Positions 50,157 to 59,900 of a DNA stretch of 64,000 nucleotides are shown here, piece after piece. The translations under genes were made by a program, and so were the position numbers. Every line of letters starts with the position of its first letter. Position 1 is the stretch's first letter. Source of the stretch: Methanomethylovorans hollandica DSM 15978 (lineage in GTDB: Archaea > Halobacteriota > Methanosarcinia > Methanosarcinales > Methanosarcinaceae); assembly GCF_000328665.1 (NCBI RefSeq), contig NC_019977.1, positions 1,666,011 through 1,730,010 on the forward strand, given 5' to 3'. A model generated the notes under the pieces. That model was given only the letters and a program-made list of their open reading frames with translations. It did not search any database and was not told where the DNA came from.

Positions 50157-51866
50157 ATGTCTTATCTTGATAATCTCGATTTTTCTCTTCCCCGGTTTCG
50201 CCAGATATGCGAAACAATATCCAGGAACTATCCAACTATTACAGTATTAGAGTATTTTGAAAACCCCCGATCTGATAAATTCATCATTATGCGTCATGAT
50301 ATTGACCGTTTTCCGGGAAATGCATTGAAAACAGCAAGTATAGAACATGAACTTGGGATCAAGGCAACATATTATTTCAGATCCAATAAGGGTGAATTTC
50401 ACAAAAATGTAATAAAGCAGATCAAAGAAATGGGTCATGAGATAGGATATCACTATGAGGTACTAAGTGAGACTAATGGTGATCCAGAAAAAGCTATTGA
50501 ATTGTTCCAATCTAATCTGAAAAAATTAAGAGAGATATGTGACGTTAAAACGATCTGTATGCACGGAAGGCCTCTGTCAAGTTTCGATAACCGTGATCTC
50601 TGGAAAATATATAACTATAAAGATTACGGGATCATAGGTGAAGCCTACTTATCCGTAGGTGATGAACTTAATTATTTCTCTGATACCGGCAGATGCTGGG
50701 GACTTAAGGACAATATGAGGGATTACATTCCCGGAAATGAGCAGCATATAGATATTGATAGTACCGGCAACCTCATCAAACTCATTGAAAGCAAAGAACT
50801 AAATAATTTATATATTCTGACACATCCTGAAAGGTGGTCATCTGACATATTTTCATGGGGTGCATATTATTCAATGGATCGTGCTGTTAATCTTGGGAAG
50901 AACATACTGATCAAGTATGGTGGAAGGAAGAACCGTCTGCATGTGGATCGGAGTTTATCGATAACCGTTGATATTGAAGACTGGTATCATATACCTTCAG
51001 TTTGTGGGTCTGACTTTTCAGTTTATAAAGATGTTAAAGAATTCTTTGAAAAATGGGAAGGCAGATACGACTACTTAAGTGAACCTACAAAAAGGGTTCT
51101 GAATATACTTGATGAATTCAATATGACAGCTACGTTCTTTATAGTAGCGGATGTTGCAGAACATTATCCCGGACTGATAGAATCCATTGCTGCAAGGGGC
51201 CATGAGATCGCATGTCATGGAGCTGATCACAGGTGCAGCATCAATCCAAACACAAAAAAACCTTTGCTGACTATAGAAGAGTTCGAACAGAGCACAGAGG
51301 AAGCAAAGAGAATACTGGAAAAGGCTTCGGGGCAGGAGGTAATTGGTTTCCGTGCACCTAACGCAGCAGTGACAGGGCAGATGCTCGATTCACTTCGAAA
51401 AATGGGTTTTAAGTATGATTCATCAGTAGCTGTGAATTCTTTGTACAATAAAACCGATTCTTCATTGAATTTTGTTTCAACTGTTCCTTATTATCCTGCA
51501 ATGGGCAGCCTTGAACCCGCTACTACCGGGGACCTTATAGAGTTTCCATGGTCATATTATGACGTTGGGATAAAGATACCTACATCCGGAGGGCCGATGC
51601 TGAGGTTCTTGGGTGCTAATCTCATCCTGAAAGGAATCAGGCAGAGCTTGAATAGGGGACATACAATATTTTACTTTCACCCCATAGACATCTGCAAAGA
51701 AGAGTTTCCAAAAGTGGGAAAAGGACGGCCTTTTTATTGGATAATTAAAGGAGATATTGTTGAACAAAGGATCCGTTATATACTTCGGAATTTAGATGAC
51801 GTGAAGGTAGTTCCATTGAGAGATCTGGCAACCAAGTTAAAACCAGTGGGTGATTCTGAGTGTTAA
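50157..51866 (+). CDS. Two-domain polysaccharide deacetylase-like protein
   Basis: MRHDID...GHEIGYHYE...HPERW, then TVDIEDWYH...GHEIACHG...FRAP...YDSS...FYFHP. Confidence 0.82.
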   Translation: MSYLDNLDFSLPRFRQICETISRNYPTITVLEYFENPRSDKFIIMRHDIDRFPGNALKTASIEHELGIKATYYFRSNKGEFHKNVIKQIKEMGHEIGYHYEVLSETNGDPEKAIELFQSNLKKLREICDVKTICMHGRPLSSFDNRDLWKIYNYKDYGIIGEAYLSVGDELNYFSDTGRCWGLKDNMRDYIPGNEQHIDIDSTGNLIKLIESKELNNLYILTHPERWSSDIFSWGAYYSMDRAVNLGKNILIKYGGRKNRLHVDRSLSITVDIEDWYHIPSVCGSDFSVYKDVKEFFEKWEGRYDYLSEPTKRVLNILDEFNMTATFFIVADVAEHYPGLIESIAARGHEIACHGADHRCSINPNTKKPLLTIEEFEQSTEEAKRILEKASGQEVIGFRAPNAAVTGQMLDSLRKMGFKYDSSVAVNSLYNKTDSSLNFVSTVPYYPAMGSLEPATTGDLIEFPWSYYDVGIKIPTSGGPMLRFLGANLILKGIRQSLNRGHTIFYFHPIDICKEEFPKVGKGRPFYWIIKGDIVEQRIRYILRNLDDVKVVPLRDLATKLKPVGDSEC

Positions 51867-52636
51867 ATCTTCAGGAACTTGATTTTACTACCGAGAAGTT
51901 CCGCCAGCTCTGCTCTGCCATAGCTGATAATTATACGTCTATCACTATAGAACAATACCTAAACAGTAGAGATGATCTTCCAGAGCGGTTTGTTCTGATG
52001 CGTCATGATGTTGATGGGAAAGCAACTCCTTCATTGAGGACAGCGGTCATAGAAAAAGATTTCGGTATACGTGCAACATATTACTTCAGGGCGAAAAGAA
52101 ATATCTACGTCCCGGAGATCATACAACAGATCGAAGGAATGGGGCATGAGATAGGATATCACTATGAGACCTTGAGTGACTCAAAAGGTGACTATGAAAC
52201 AGCAATAAAGATGTTCGAGGAAGAAACAAACCGATTCAGAAGCATTTGCACTCTTAAAACCATCAGTATGCATGGAGCCTCTCTGTCAAGGTATGATAAC
52301 AGGGATTTGTGGAAAGTATATGATTTCAGAGATTATGGGATCATCGGAGAGGCGTACTTATCACTGGGAGAAGAGTTAAATTATTTTACTGATACAGGAA
52401 GGGGCTGGAATTCCAAGAATAATCTGAGAGATTTTATTCCGGGTAGGGATCAAAAGTTCTTTGCCGAGACAACTGATGACCTGATCAGATTGATAGAGAG
52501 CGGAAAAATGCAAAATATGTATATCACACTGCATCCGGATCGATGGACATCGACTACCTTCACGTGGGTTTCATTCTGGTTCCAGGATCTTGCTTTCAAT
52601 TTTGCAAAAAAGATATTGAGGATGACGAGAAAATGA
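51860..52636 (+). CDS. Polysaccharide deacetylase-like protein, paralogue of the N-terminal half of 50157-51866
   Basis: MRHDVD, ATYYFR, MGHEIGYHYE, DYGIIGEAYLS, DTGR.W, HPDRW. Confidence 0.8.
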   Translation: MLNLQELDFTTEKFRQLCSAIADNYTSITIEQYLNSRDDLPERFVLMRHDVDGKATPSLRTAVIEKDFGIRATYYFRAKRNIYVPEIIQQIEGMGHEIGYHYETLSDSKGDYETAIKMFEEETNRFRSICTLKTISMHGASLSRYDNRDLWKVYDFRDYGIIGEAYLSLGEELNYFTDTGRGWNSKNNLRDFIPGRDQKFFAETTDDLIRLIESGKMQNMYITLHPDRWTSTTFTWVSFWFQDLAFNFAKKILRMTRK

Positions 52637-53310
52637 AGATCATCGACACCATCCAACATAAACTGATCTTAAAAATGGGATTTAAGTATTACGATGAAGA
52701 CAAGTACCTGATCCGAAAATGTCTGCAGTACTTCAATGGAAAAAAACCAAAAGTTCTAGATGTTGGCTGTGGAACAGGGCATCATTCATTGCTATTTGAA
52801 AAATATGGGGCGAAGGTAACTGCTTTTGATTATGACGAAAGTGTGATCGAAAAGGCAAAAGAAAACAAGATAAAAAGTAATTCAAATGTAACTTTTCTGG
52901 TTGCTGATGGACGATATCCGGAAAAATATTTCACTGAAAAATATGATATTATATTTATGGCTGGCTTCTCAATATTTGGCATCGATCTAAATAAACCAAT
53001 AATGACTAAATATCTGTCTATGCTCGATGAAGGAGGCATATTGGTCTTAGTGCATAATTCCAATCTAACGGGGCTTGTCAGGAAGACAAACTGGAAAAAT
53101 CATAAAATAGAAGATATGAGATCTTTCTTTGAAAGTGTAGGTGGCAAAGTCGAAAAAATATATTTTTACGACAGGCACGTCACTATAAAGATCTTACGCA
53201 GTTTTGCCATTACAGGCCTATCTACCAAACTACATATTCTTATATCCAAAATAACGAAATTACCCTGTGCTATACTTTTCATTGTGAGCAAGAGTGAGAA
53301 GCGGAATTAA
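52633..53310 (+). CDS. Class I SAM-dependent methyltransferase
   Basis: VLDVGCGTG; ATG 52633 overlaps the previous stop. Confidence 0.85.
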   Translation: MKIIDTIQHKLILKMGFKYYDEDKYLIRKCLQYFNGKKPKVLDVGCGTGHHSLLFEKYGAKVTAFDYDESVIEKAKENKIKSNSNVTFLVADGRYPEKYFTEKYDIIFMAGFSIFGIDLNKPIMTKYLSMLDEGGILVLVHNSNLTGLVRKTNWKNHKIEDMRSFFESVGGKVEKIYFYDRHVTIKILRSFAITGLSTKLHILISKITKLPCAILFIVSKSEKRN

Positions 53311-53352
53311 CAATATAAAAAATTATACTTAAATTTTGACAACGGTGAAACA

Positions 53353-54429
53353 ATGAGAATACTTTTTAATGTTGGTCATCCTGCTCAAGTTCATTTCTTC
53401 AAGAATGCAATAAGGATTCTTGAAGGCAAAGGGCATGTTTGTAAAATGACGGCAGTCGCCAAAGATGTATCTTTAGATCTATTGGATGCTTATGGATTCG
53501 AATACGAGATAGTGGGAAGTGCACGCCCTACGTTGTTTTCCAAAGCTGTGGAGTTATTGAAGATAGAGAACAAACTCTACAAAATTGCCCGATCCTTCAA
53601 ACCCGATATGCTGGTGGGCGGTTCCGGTAATGCATATAGTACCCACGTTGGCAAACTTATCCATAGACCTTCTATAGTTTTCGAGGACTCAGAAAAGGGG
53701 GCCATTGAACACCTTTTGACAGACCGTTTCGCATCTGTTATATTTACTCCGACCTCATACAAAAAGAAGATTGGTGATAACCAATTATTTTTGAACGGAT
53801 ACAAAGAGCTGGCTTATTTACATCCCAATCATTTTCATCCTTCACAGGCTCCTCTTAATGAGCTTGGTCTAACTGCAGATGACAGATTTGTGATCTTCAG
53901 ATTCGTCACATGGAATGCGGATCATGACATTGGTCATCATGGTATAGAAAATAAAGTTAAGTTTGCTCAAGAGCTTGAAAAATATGGGCGTGTGCTGATC
54001 ACTTCTGAAGGAAAACTGGAGCCGGAGTTAGAAAAATACAGAGTGCGCGTCTCTCCGGAAAAGATACATGACCTGTTATACTATGCCCAGATGTTCGTAG
54101 GAGATAGCCAAACTATGACAACTGAGGCTGCTGTATTGGGTGTACCTGCTATCCGCTGTAATTCTTTTGTCGGAGATGATGATATGTCCAATTTCATAGA
54201 ACTTGAAGACAAATATGGCCTTATTTTCAATTACAGTGATTCTGAAGAAGCATTGAAAAAAGCACTTGAACTTGTAAAAATGCCTAGCCTCAAGGAAGAA
54301 TGGAGCAAAAAGAGAGAGAAACTACTGAATGACAAGATCGATGTCACTGCATTTATTGTGTGGTTCATCGAGAATTATCCGGAAAGTATAAAGAGAGCAA
54401 AAGAAGGTGTTCCTTTTAATTCCAACTAA
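53353..54429 (+). CDS. DUF354 family GT-B-fold protein
   Basis: HPAQVHFFKN, GYKELAYLHP..F.P, GDSQTMTTEAAVLGVPAI. Confidence 0.85.
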   Translation: MRILFNVGHPAQVHFFKNAIRILEGKGHVCKMTAVAKDVSLDLLDAYGFEYEIVGSARPTLFSKAVELLKIENKLYKIARSFKPDMLVGGSGNAYSTHVGKLIHRPSIVFEDSEKGAIEHLLTDRFASVIFTPTSYKKKIGDNQLFLNGYKELAYLHPNHFHPSQAPLNELGLTADDRFVIFRFVTWNADHDIGHHGIENKVKFAQELEKYGRVLITSEGKLEPELEKYRVRVSPEKIHDLLYYAQMFVGDSQTMTTEAAVLGVPAIRCNSFVGDDDMSNFIELEDKYGLIFNYSDSEEALKKALELVKMPSLKEEWSKKREKLLNDKIDVTAFIVWFIENYPESIKRAKEGVPFNSN

Positions 54430-54438
54430 GGTGATAGC

Positions 54439-55506
54439 ATGAAGATAGCAAGTATAGTCGGTGTCAGACCTCAGTTTGTAAAAGCATCCGTAGTTTCTAA
54501 ACAATTAAGAAAGGAACATGAAGAGGTTCTGATCCATACGGGTCAGCACTATGACTATAAGATGAATAACGTTTTTTTCAGTGAATTAAATATTCCAGAA
54601 CCTGAATATTTTCTTGGAATAGGTTCAGGTTCCCATGGATATCAAACCGGAGAAATGCTGAAGAAAATAGAAGAGGTTCTAATCAAAGAAGAGCCTGATA
54701 TCGTTTTAACGTACGGGGACACTAATTCGACACTTGCCGGTGCTCTCTCGGCTGCAAAGCTGCATATTAAAAACGCACATGTGGAATCCGGGTTGAGAAG
54801 TTTTGACAGATCCATGCCTGAAGAGATCAACCGTATCTTGACGGACCATTGTTCTGATCTATTATTCTGTCCAACCAAAAATGCAGTTGACAACCTTAAA
54901 ACGGAAGGGATAACTACCAATGTCTATCTGACCGGTGATGTCATGGCTGATTCTCTGCTATACAATAAAGAAATAGCAGAGGAGAGATCGACGATCCTGT
55001 CTGATCTGGACCTGAACAGCAAAGAATATGCAGTAGCCACAATACATAGAGCAAGCAACACAGATAACAGGGAGAATCTGACAAACATCGTTGATGCTTT
55101 TTCGCAACTGGATGAAACTATTGTATTCCCGGTGCATCCACGGACCCAGAAATTGTTGAAAGAGTATGGCCTCTACGAAAGTTTAAGTTCATCTGTGAAA
55201 CTGGTCGAACCCCTCGGATTCCTTGATTTCATAAAGCTGATGGCTCATTCAAAAATGATACTTACCGATTCAGGCGGGATCCAAAAAGAGGCATATATTC
55301 TGAAGATCCCATGTATTACGTTAAGGGAAAACTCAGAGTGGGTTGAGACCATTGAAGATGGCTGGAACGTTCTTGTCGGAACGGACAAAGAAAAGATATT
55401 CCAGGCAGTCAATTCCTTCCATCCCTCATTAAAATTGCACAAGGACAGATTTGGGAATGGAGATGCAGCTGAAAAGATCGCTGCTATCATTGGAGGTCTG
55501 CAGTGA
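54439..55506 (+). CDS. wecB: UDP-N-acetylglucosamine 2-epimerase (non-hydrolysing)
   Basis: G.RPQFVK, HTGQHYD, YGDTNSTLA, HVESGLRS, MPEEINR, TDSGGIQKEA. Confidence 0.93.
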   Translation: MKIASIVGVRPQFVKASVVSKQLRKEHEEVLIHTGQHYDYKMNNVFFSELNIPEPEYFLGIGSGSHGYQTGEMLKKIEEVLIKEEPDIVLTYGDTNSTLAGALSAAKLHIKNAHVESGLRSFDRSMPEEINRILTDHCSDLLFCPTKNAVDNLKTEGITTNVYLTGDVMADSLLYNKEIAEERSTILSDLDLNSKEYAVATIHRASNTDNRENLTNIVDAFSQLDETIVFPVHPRTQKLLKEYGLYESLSSSVKLVEPLGFLDFIKLMAHSKMILTDSGGIQKEAYILKIPCITLRENSEWVETIEDGWNVLVGTDKEKIFQAVNSFHPSLKLHKDRFGNGDAAEKIAAIIGGLQ

Positions 55507-56558
55507 TGTTGGATCAGAATTCCGAACTGTGGGAAACATTTACCAGAAAAGAAGAGTACTCTCCGGTTAAATTAGATAAACATCAGAGATTTAATTATGC
55601 CAATAGTAAAAATAAAAACGCATTTGAGCCCGTTGTTTCTAAGTTTTTGGTATCTGAAGGTTTGAGCGCGGAATATCCCGAAAATAAAAGATTTGCTGTC
55701 TGTCTGACCCATGATATTGATGATATCTATCCCCCGTCCTCTCACATCCTGTCTTCTTTTTTTTATTGTTTGAAGGCATTAGATTATAATTCATTTAAGC
55801 CACAGATAGCATGGAAAATAAAAGGAAAAGAGCATTCCCCATACCTGAATTTTAGCGAGATCATGGACATAGAAAAGAAATATGATGCAAAATCTTCTTT
55901 TTATTTTATCACAGAAAAGAAAGATCCCGTAAGATTCAGATACGACATTGAAGAGATAGGCCATGAACTGGGAAACATTCTGGACAACGGGTGCGAAGTA
56001 GGATTACATGGCGGTTACTATGCGTATAATAGTCTTGAGAGTATGAAAGAAGAAAAATCGAGATTAGAGAACACTTTAGGGAAAAAAATTATCGGATACA
56101 GGAATCATTATTTAAGGTTCAAGATCCCGGATACCTGGGAGCTATTGGCAAAGGCTGGTTTTAAATATGATTCTACGCTGGGATATGATGATATGATCGG
56201 ATTCAGAAATGGTATGTGTCATCCTTTCAAACCATACGATCTGAATAAAAACGAACCTATAGATATACTGGAACTGCCATTGGTCATTATGGACGGCTCT
56301 TTGTTCTCCTATGCAAAGTCCTTAGATGAAGCCTTTGAATATGCTAAAAAGCTCATCGACACAGTAGAGAGATATAATGGAGTTATCACTCTTTTGTGGC
56401 ATAATAGTCCTTTCAGCTGGCCGATCCGGAAGAATTGGAAAATATTATACGAAAAAATACTTAAATATTGTTATGATAAAAATGCATGGATAACCAGTGG
56501 TGAAGAGATCTATAACTGGTGTATGAAAGAATGTAAAGTGCAATTTTATCAATCCTAA
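55503..56558 (+). CDS. Polysaccharide deacetylase family protein
   Basis: LTHDID, EVGLHG, GYRNHYLRF, YDSTLG, GFRNG.C.PF, LLWHN. Confidence 0.85.
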   Translation: MMLDQNSELWETFTRKEEYSPVKLDKHQRFNYANSKNKNAFEPVVSKFLVSEGLSAEYPENKRFAVCLTHDIDDIYPPSSHILSSFFYCLKALDYNSFKPQIAWKIKGKEHSPYLNFSEIMDIEKKYDAKSSFYFITEKKDPVRFRYDIEEIGHELGNILDNGCEVGLHGGYYAYNSLESMKEEKSRLENTLGKKIIGYRNHYLRFKIPDTWELLAKAGFKYDSTLGYDDMIGFRNGMCHPFKPYDLNKNEPIDILELPLVIMDGSLFSYAKSLDEAFEYAKKLIDTVERYNGVITLLWHNSPFSWPIRKNWKILYEKILKYCYDKNAWITSGEEIYNWCMKECKVQFYQS

Positions 56559-56661
56559 AAAATATCCACACTATACAATGAAGAGTGCAGATATGTTACA
56601 AGTGTTCTGAGATAATTCTATTGAAATCAAAATAATAAAAACGGTCCAAGCAGGTGTTTTC

Positions 56662-57840
56662 GTGATACCAACTGACAAAAAGGCGTTATTTATAATACAT
56701 GCATACAATAATTTTCAAAAAGAATCCATTAACAGTACATGCAATTATTTCAAAAGCTGTTCAGTGTTAGTCAGGTCCAACCCTATCTCAGAGTTTTCTA
56801 AATACATCAAGGTGCCATTTTTGGAAACTTTCAAACTGGATTATAAGATTGATCTTAATGACGTTCCTCCAAATATATCTGTTCATCCAACACCGGTCTT
56901 ATACACTCCTCTTAATTCACAGTACAAGAAACTTGGGGAGAAGCACTTCAAAGCTGCTGAAACATCAATTAAGAAAAATAACATAGAATTCGATCTTATC
57001 CATTCTCATTTCACATGGTCCTCCGGATATGCCAGTGCAAAACTTAAGGAAAAATACAATGTCCCTTTTGTTGTAACGGGTCATGGATATGACATCTATA
57101 GCTTGCCCTTTAAAGATGAAGAATGGAAAGAAAGAATTGAATATGTACTTAATTCGGCAGATAGGATAATAACTGTAAGCAATAAAAATCTGTCCTATAT
57201 TAAGAAACTGGACGTTAAAACGCCTGTTCATATTTTACCGAACGGGTACAGGCCGGATAAATTTTATCCAATGAATATGGAAAAATGCAGAAAGGCTTTA
57301 GGTTTACCTCTCGATAAGAAAATAATAGTCGCAGTAGGCAATCTGGAAGAAATAAAAGGCCACTATTACCTTGTAGAAGCTATGGCAGAAGTGATAAAGC
57401 ATAGAAAAGATGTGCTTTGTTTCATAGTCGGCGGCGGCAAACAAGAGAGAAATCTCAGGAGGCAGATAAAGAATGCAGGCTTGGAGAACCATGTGAAGCT
57501 TCCGGGAAGTAAATTGCATAATGAGATCCCTAGGTGGATGAATTCCTGCGATCTATTCGTATTACCAAGTTTGAACGAGGGCAATCCGACAGTTATGTTC
57601 GAGTGCCTGGGTTGTGGAAAACCTTTCATAGGAACAAAAGTAGGCGGTATTCCGGAGATCATTGTTTCTGATGACTATGGACTGCTGGCTGAGCCGGCAA
57701 ATTCAGAAAGACTTGCAGAGACTATTTTGCTGGCATTGGATAAAAACTGGGACACAACTAAGATCAAAGCATATTCTGCACAATTTACATGGGCCGAGAT
57801 CGGAAAGAATATAGTGGATATATATAAGACACTTCTCTGA
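56662..57840 (+). CDS. GT4 glycosyltransferase
   Basis: IHSHF, VTGHGYD, KG, PSLNEGNPTVMFE (EX7E), VGGIPEII. Confidence 0.9.
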   Translation: MIPTDKKALFIIHAYNNFQKESINSTCNYFKSCSVLVRSNPISEFSKYIKVPFLETFKLDYKIDLNDVPPNISVHPTPVLYTPLNSQYKKLGEKHFKAAETSIKKNNIEFDLIHSHFTWSSGYASAKLKEKYNVPFVVTGHGYDIYSLPFKDEEWKERIEYVLNSADRIITVSNKNLSYIKKLDVKTPVHILPNGYRPDKFYPMNMEKCRKALGLPLDKKIIVAVGNLEEIKGHYYLVEAMAEVIKHRKDVLCFIVGGGKQERNLRRQIKNAGLENHVKLPGSKLHNEIPRWMNSCDLFVLPSLNEGNPTVMFECLGCGKPFIGTKVGGIPEIIVSDDYGLLAEPANSERLAETILLALDKNWDTTKIKAYSAQFTWAEIGKNIVDIYKTLL

Positions 57841-57905
57841 TGATCTTGTATAAATATTTGTTTAAATATTAAAGCAACTATTATCCTCCAAGAAGAATTA
57901 AGTCC

Positions 57906-58511
57906 TTATTTAACGACCCTTGTAAGTTCAGTTGCCTTTACCAGCATTCCTTCAGATCCCCTCTCGCTAATCTTTTTGGCAGGAACTCCTGCGATCGAGA
58001 TAGCAGGCTCCAAGAAAGATTTATTAACGACAGAATTGGCACCTATAGCTATTCCATCAGCTATTGCTATCTGTCCAAATATTTTGGCTCCGGGGCCAAT
58101 ATAAACATTATCACCGATTTTGGGTGCTACGTCCTCGTATCCTGCTTTAGTTCCAATGTTAACGCAGGCGTGCAACCTGCAATTTGCTCCAACCCGTGTG
58201 GCTTTGTTGACGACTATAGTGCCTCTGTGAGCAATACTTAATCCAGGACCAAAAACATTCAGAGGTATGGTGAAACCTAATTTTATGCTCAGTAAGTAAT
58301 ATTTTCTTTTTAATAGCAGAAGGTATAGTTTCCAGAAGATAGACTTCTTACAATTTTGGTAATACTCTACCTTCCTTAAAAGCCTCTGGAATGTCCAAAT
58401 GTAATCATATTCGAAATTTTTAGGTTTTTTACCTTTTCTTGATAAGGCTATTCTATCCGCTTCTAAATAAAATTTGTAGTCATCTTTAGACAAGATCAAT
58501 GTGAACACCAT
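57906..58511 (-). CDS. Hexapeptide-repeat acetyltransferase (serine acetyltransferase / WcaB-like)
   Basis: FGPGLSIAH.GTIVVN, IGDNVYIGPGAKIFG, IGANSVV, AGVPAK. Confidence 0.85.
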   Translation of the reverse strand: MVFTLILSKDDYKFYLEADRIALSRKGKKPKNFEYDYIWTFQRLLRKVEYYQNCKKSIFWKLYLLLLKRKYYLLSIKLGFTIPLNVFGPGLSIAHRGTIVVNKATRVGANCRLHACVNIGTKAGYEDVAPKIGDNVYIGPGAKIFGQIAIADGIAIGANSVVNKSFLEPAISIAGVPAKKISERGSEGMLVKATELTRVVK

Positions 58512-58771
58512 TTGAGTTCCATTTTATTATAGTATTTGCTGTTACCGCGTACTCTACCACATTCATAATTAAATTAGTTTGTATTCGGATATAAATTTGT
58601 CTCTCTTGAATACGCATTATTAAAAATATAGCCTTATACCTATTTTGTTGAGCCTTGAAGTACTTTCGAGCAACAGATTTAAATAAATTCTCATAATTTA
58701 TCATATTGTATTCTTAAAGCCACTCTAACTGCTTCAGGTAGATTCTGTCCCGGAAAAAGAAAGGTGATGAT

Positions 58772-59326
58772 ATGCAATTCCAAAATCCGCAGAAACAAGA
58801 ACCAAATATAAGTGAAAAGGCATGGATATCCGAAACAGCCATCATTATTGGAAATGTCTATATTGGCGACAATGTCTTTGTGGCGCATAACGCTATCATC
58901 CGGGCAGATGAACCGGGCTCTTCAATAGTTATTATGGATGGGTGCAATGTACAGGACAATGTGATCATCCATGCTCTGTCCCATTCTCAGGTTCTTATCA
59001 ATCCTGATACATCCCTTGCCCACGGGTGTATAGTGCACGGTCCCTGCCAGATAGGAAAAGGCTGTTTCATAGGCTTTGGTTCAGTGGTCTTTGATTGCAT
59101 GATCGGAGATGACACACTTGTACTGCATAATGCTACTGTGCGAAAAGTAAGTATCCCGGATGGAAAAGTGGTATCAGATGGTATGGCCATTAATAAGCAG
59201 GATGCGGTAGAAAATCTGGATGATATTACATCTGACCTGATAGAATTCAAAGGTTCGGTAATCATGGCCAACATCAACCTGGTGCATGGCTATCAGGCCC
59301 TGGAAATGAAGGTCGAAAGTAAATAA
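58772..59326 (+). CDS. Gamma-class carbonic anhydrase
   Basis: Hexapeptide repeats, IRADE, NVQD, three His ligands (IIH; LAHGCIVHG); no signal peptide. Confidence 0.85.
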   Translation: MQFQNPQKQEPNISEKAWISETAIIIGNVYIGDNVFVAHNAIIRADEPGSSIVIMDGCNVQDNVIIHALSHSQVLINPDTSLAHGCIVHGPCQIGKGCFIGFGSVVFDCMIGDDTLVLHNATVRKVSIPDGKVVSDGMAINKQDAVENLDDITSDLIEFKGSVIMANINLVHGYQALEMKVESK

Positions 59327-59387
59327 TTAAAAATCATTTAAAGGAAACTTGTTTTGTCTTTTTGCAGATAAGTGGAAGAGGTATATA

Positions 59388-59666
59388 TCAGATATATTTT
59401 CCTTCCATCCTATCTATCACCATCTTTCCCTTATCTGTCAGCATATACTTTTTCCATGTAGTTTTAGTAGGGGTCAAACACTCTATCAGTCCCATATCTT
59501 CCAGTTCTTTCAAAGCGTGGCTGATATTCTGGGTAGACCTGTTGCTCTCATGTGCAATATCAGAAGCATTGGCAACCAAATGTTTATGCATATATTCCAT
59601 TAATATAAAGCGCCTGTCAACACTAATTATCCACTTGAGCAGTTCATCCAATGTGTTCTCGTTCAT
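59388..59666 (-). CDS. Winged-helix (ArsR/MarR-like) regulator
   Basis: ASDIA...RSTQNISHALKELEDMGLIEC...Y.LTDKG; alternative ATG at 59690. Confidence 0.82.
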   Translation of the reverse strand: MNENTLDELLKWIISVDRRFILMEYMHKHLVANASDIAHESNRSTQNISHALKELEDMGLIECLTPTKTTWKKYMLTDKGKMVIDRMEGKYI

Positions 59667-59689
59667 TATCTTCCCATCACAATTACGCA

Positions 59690-59900
59690 TTTAGTATATA
59701 TTGATTAGCGTGACTGCTCCCACACCTAAAGCCTGTGGGCTTCTACGGTTTCGATACCGACAGATTGCAATCCCAATCTGAGAATATTGATGGCTGCATT
59801 ATGGTCTCTATCCATTACAAGATCACAGCTATCACATTTATGAACTCTATCGGCTAGTGTTTTTTCAACTAGCAAACCACATCTTGAACACATCTTTGAT
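59690..59900 (-). ncRNA. Predicted TnpB omegaRNA (scaffold over tnpB 3' end and RE; guide begins at 59709: GCTAATCAATATATAC...)
   Basis: Inferred from known TnpB biology and the TCAC right-end boundary. The 5' end is a guess. Confidence 0.5.
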
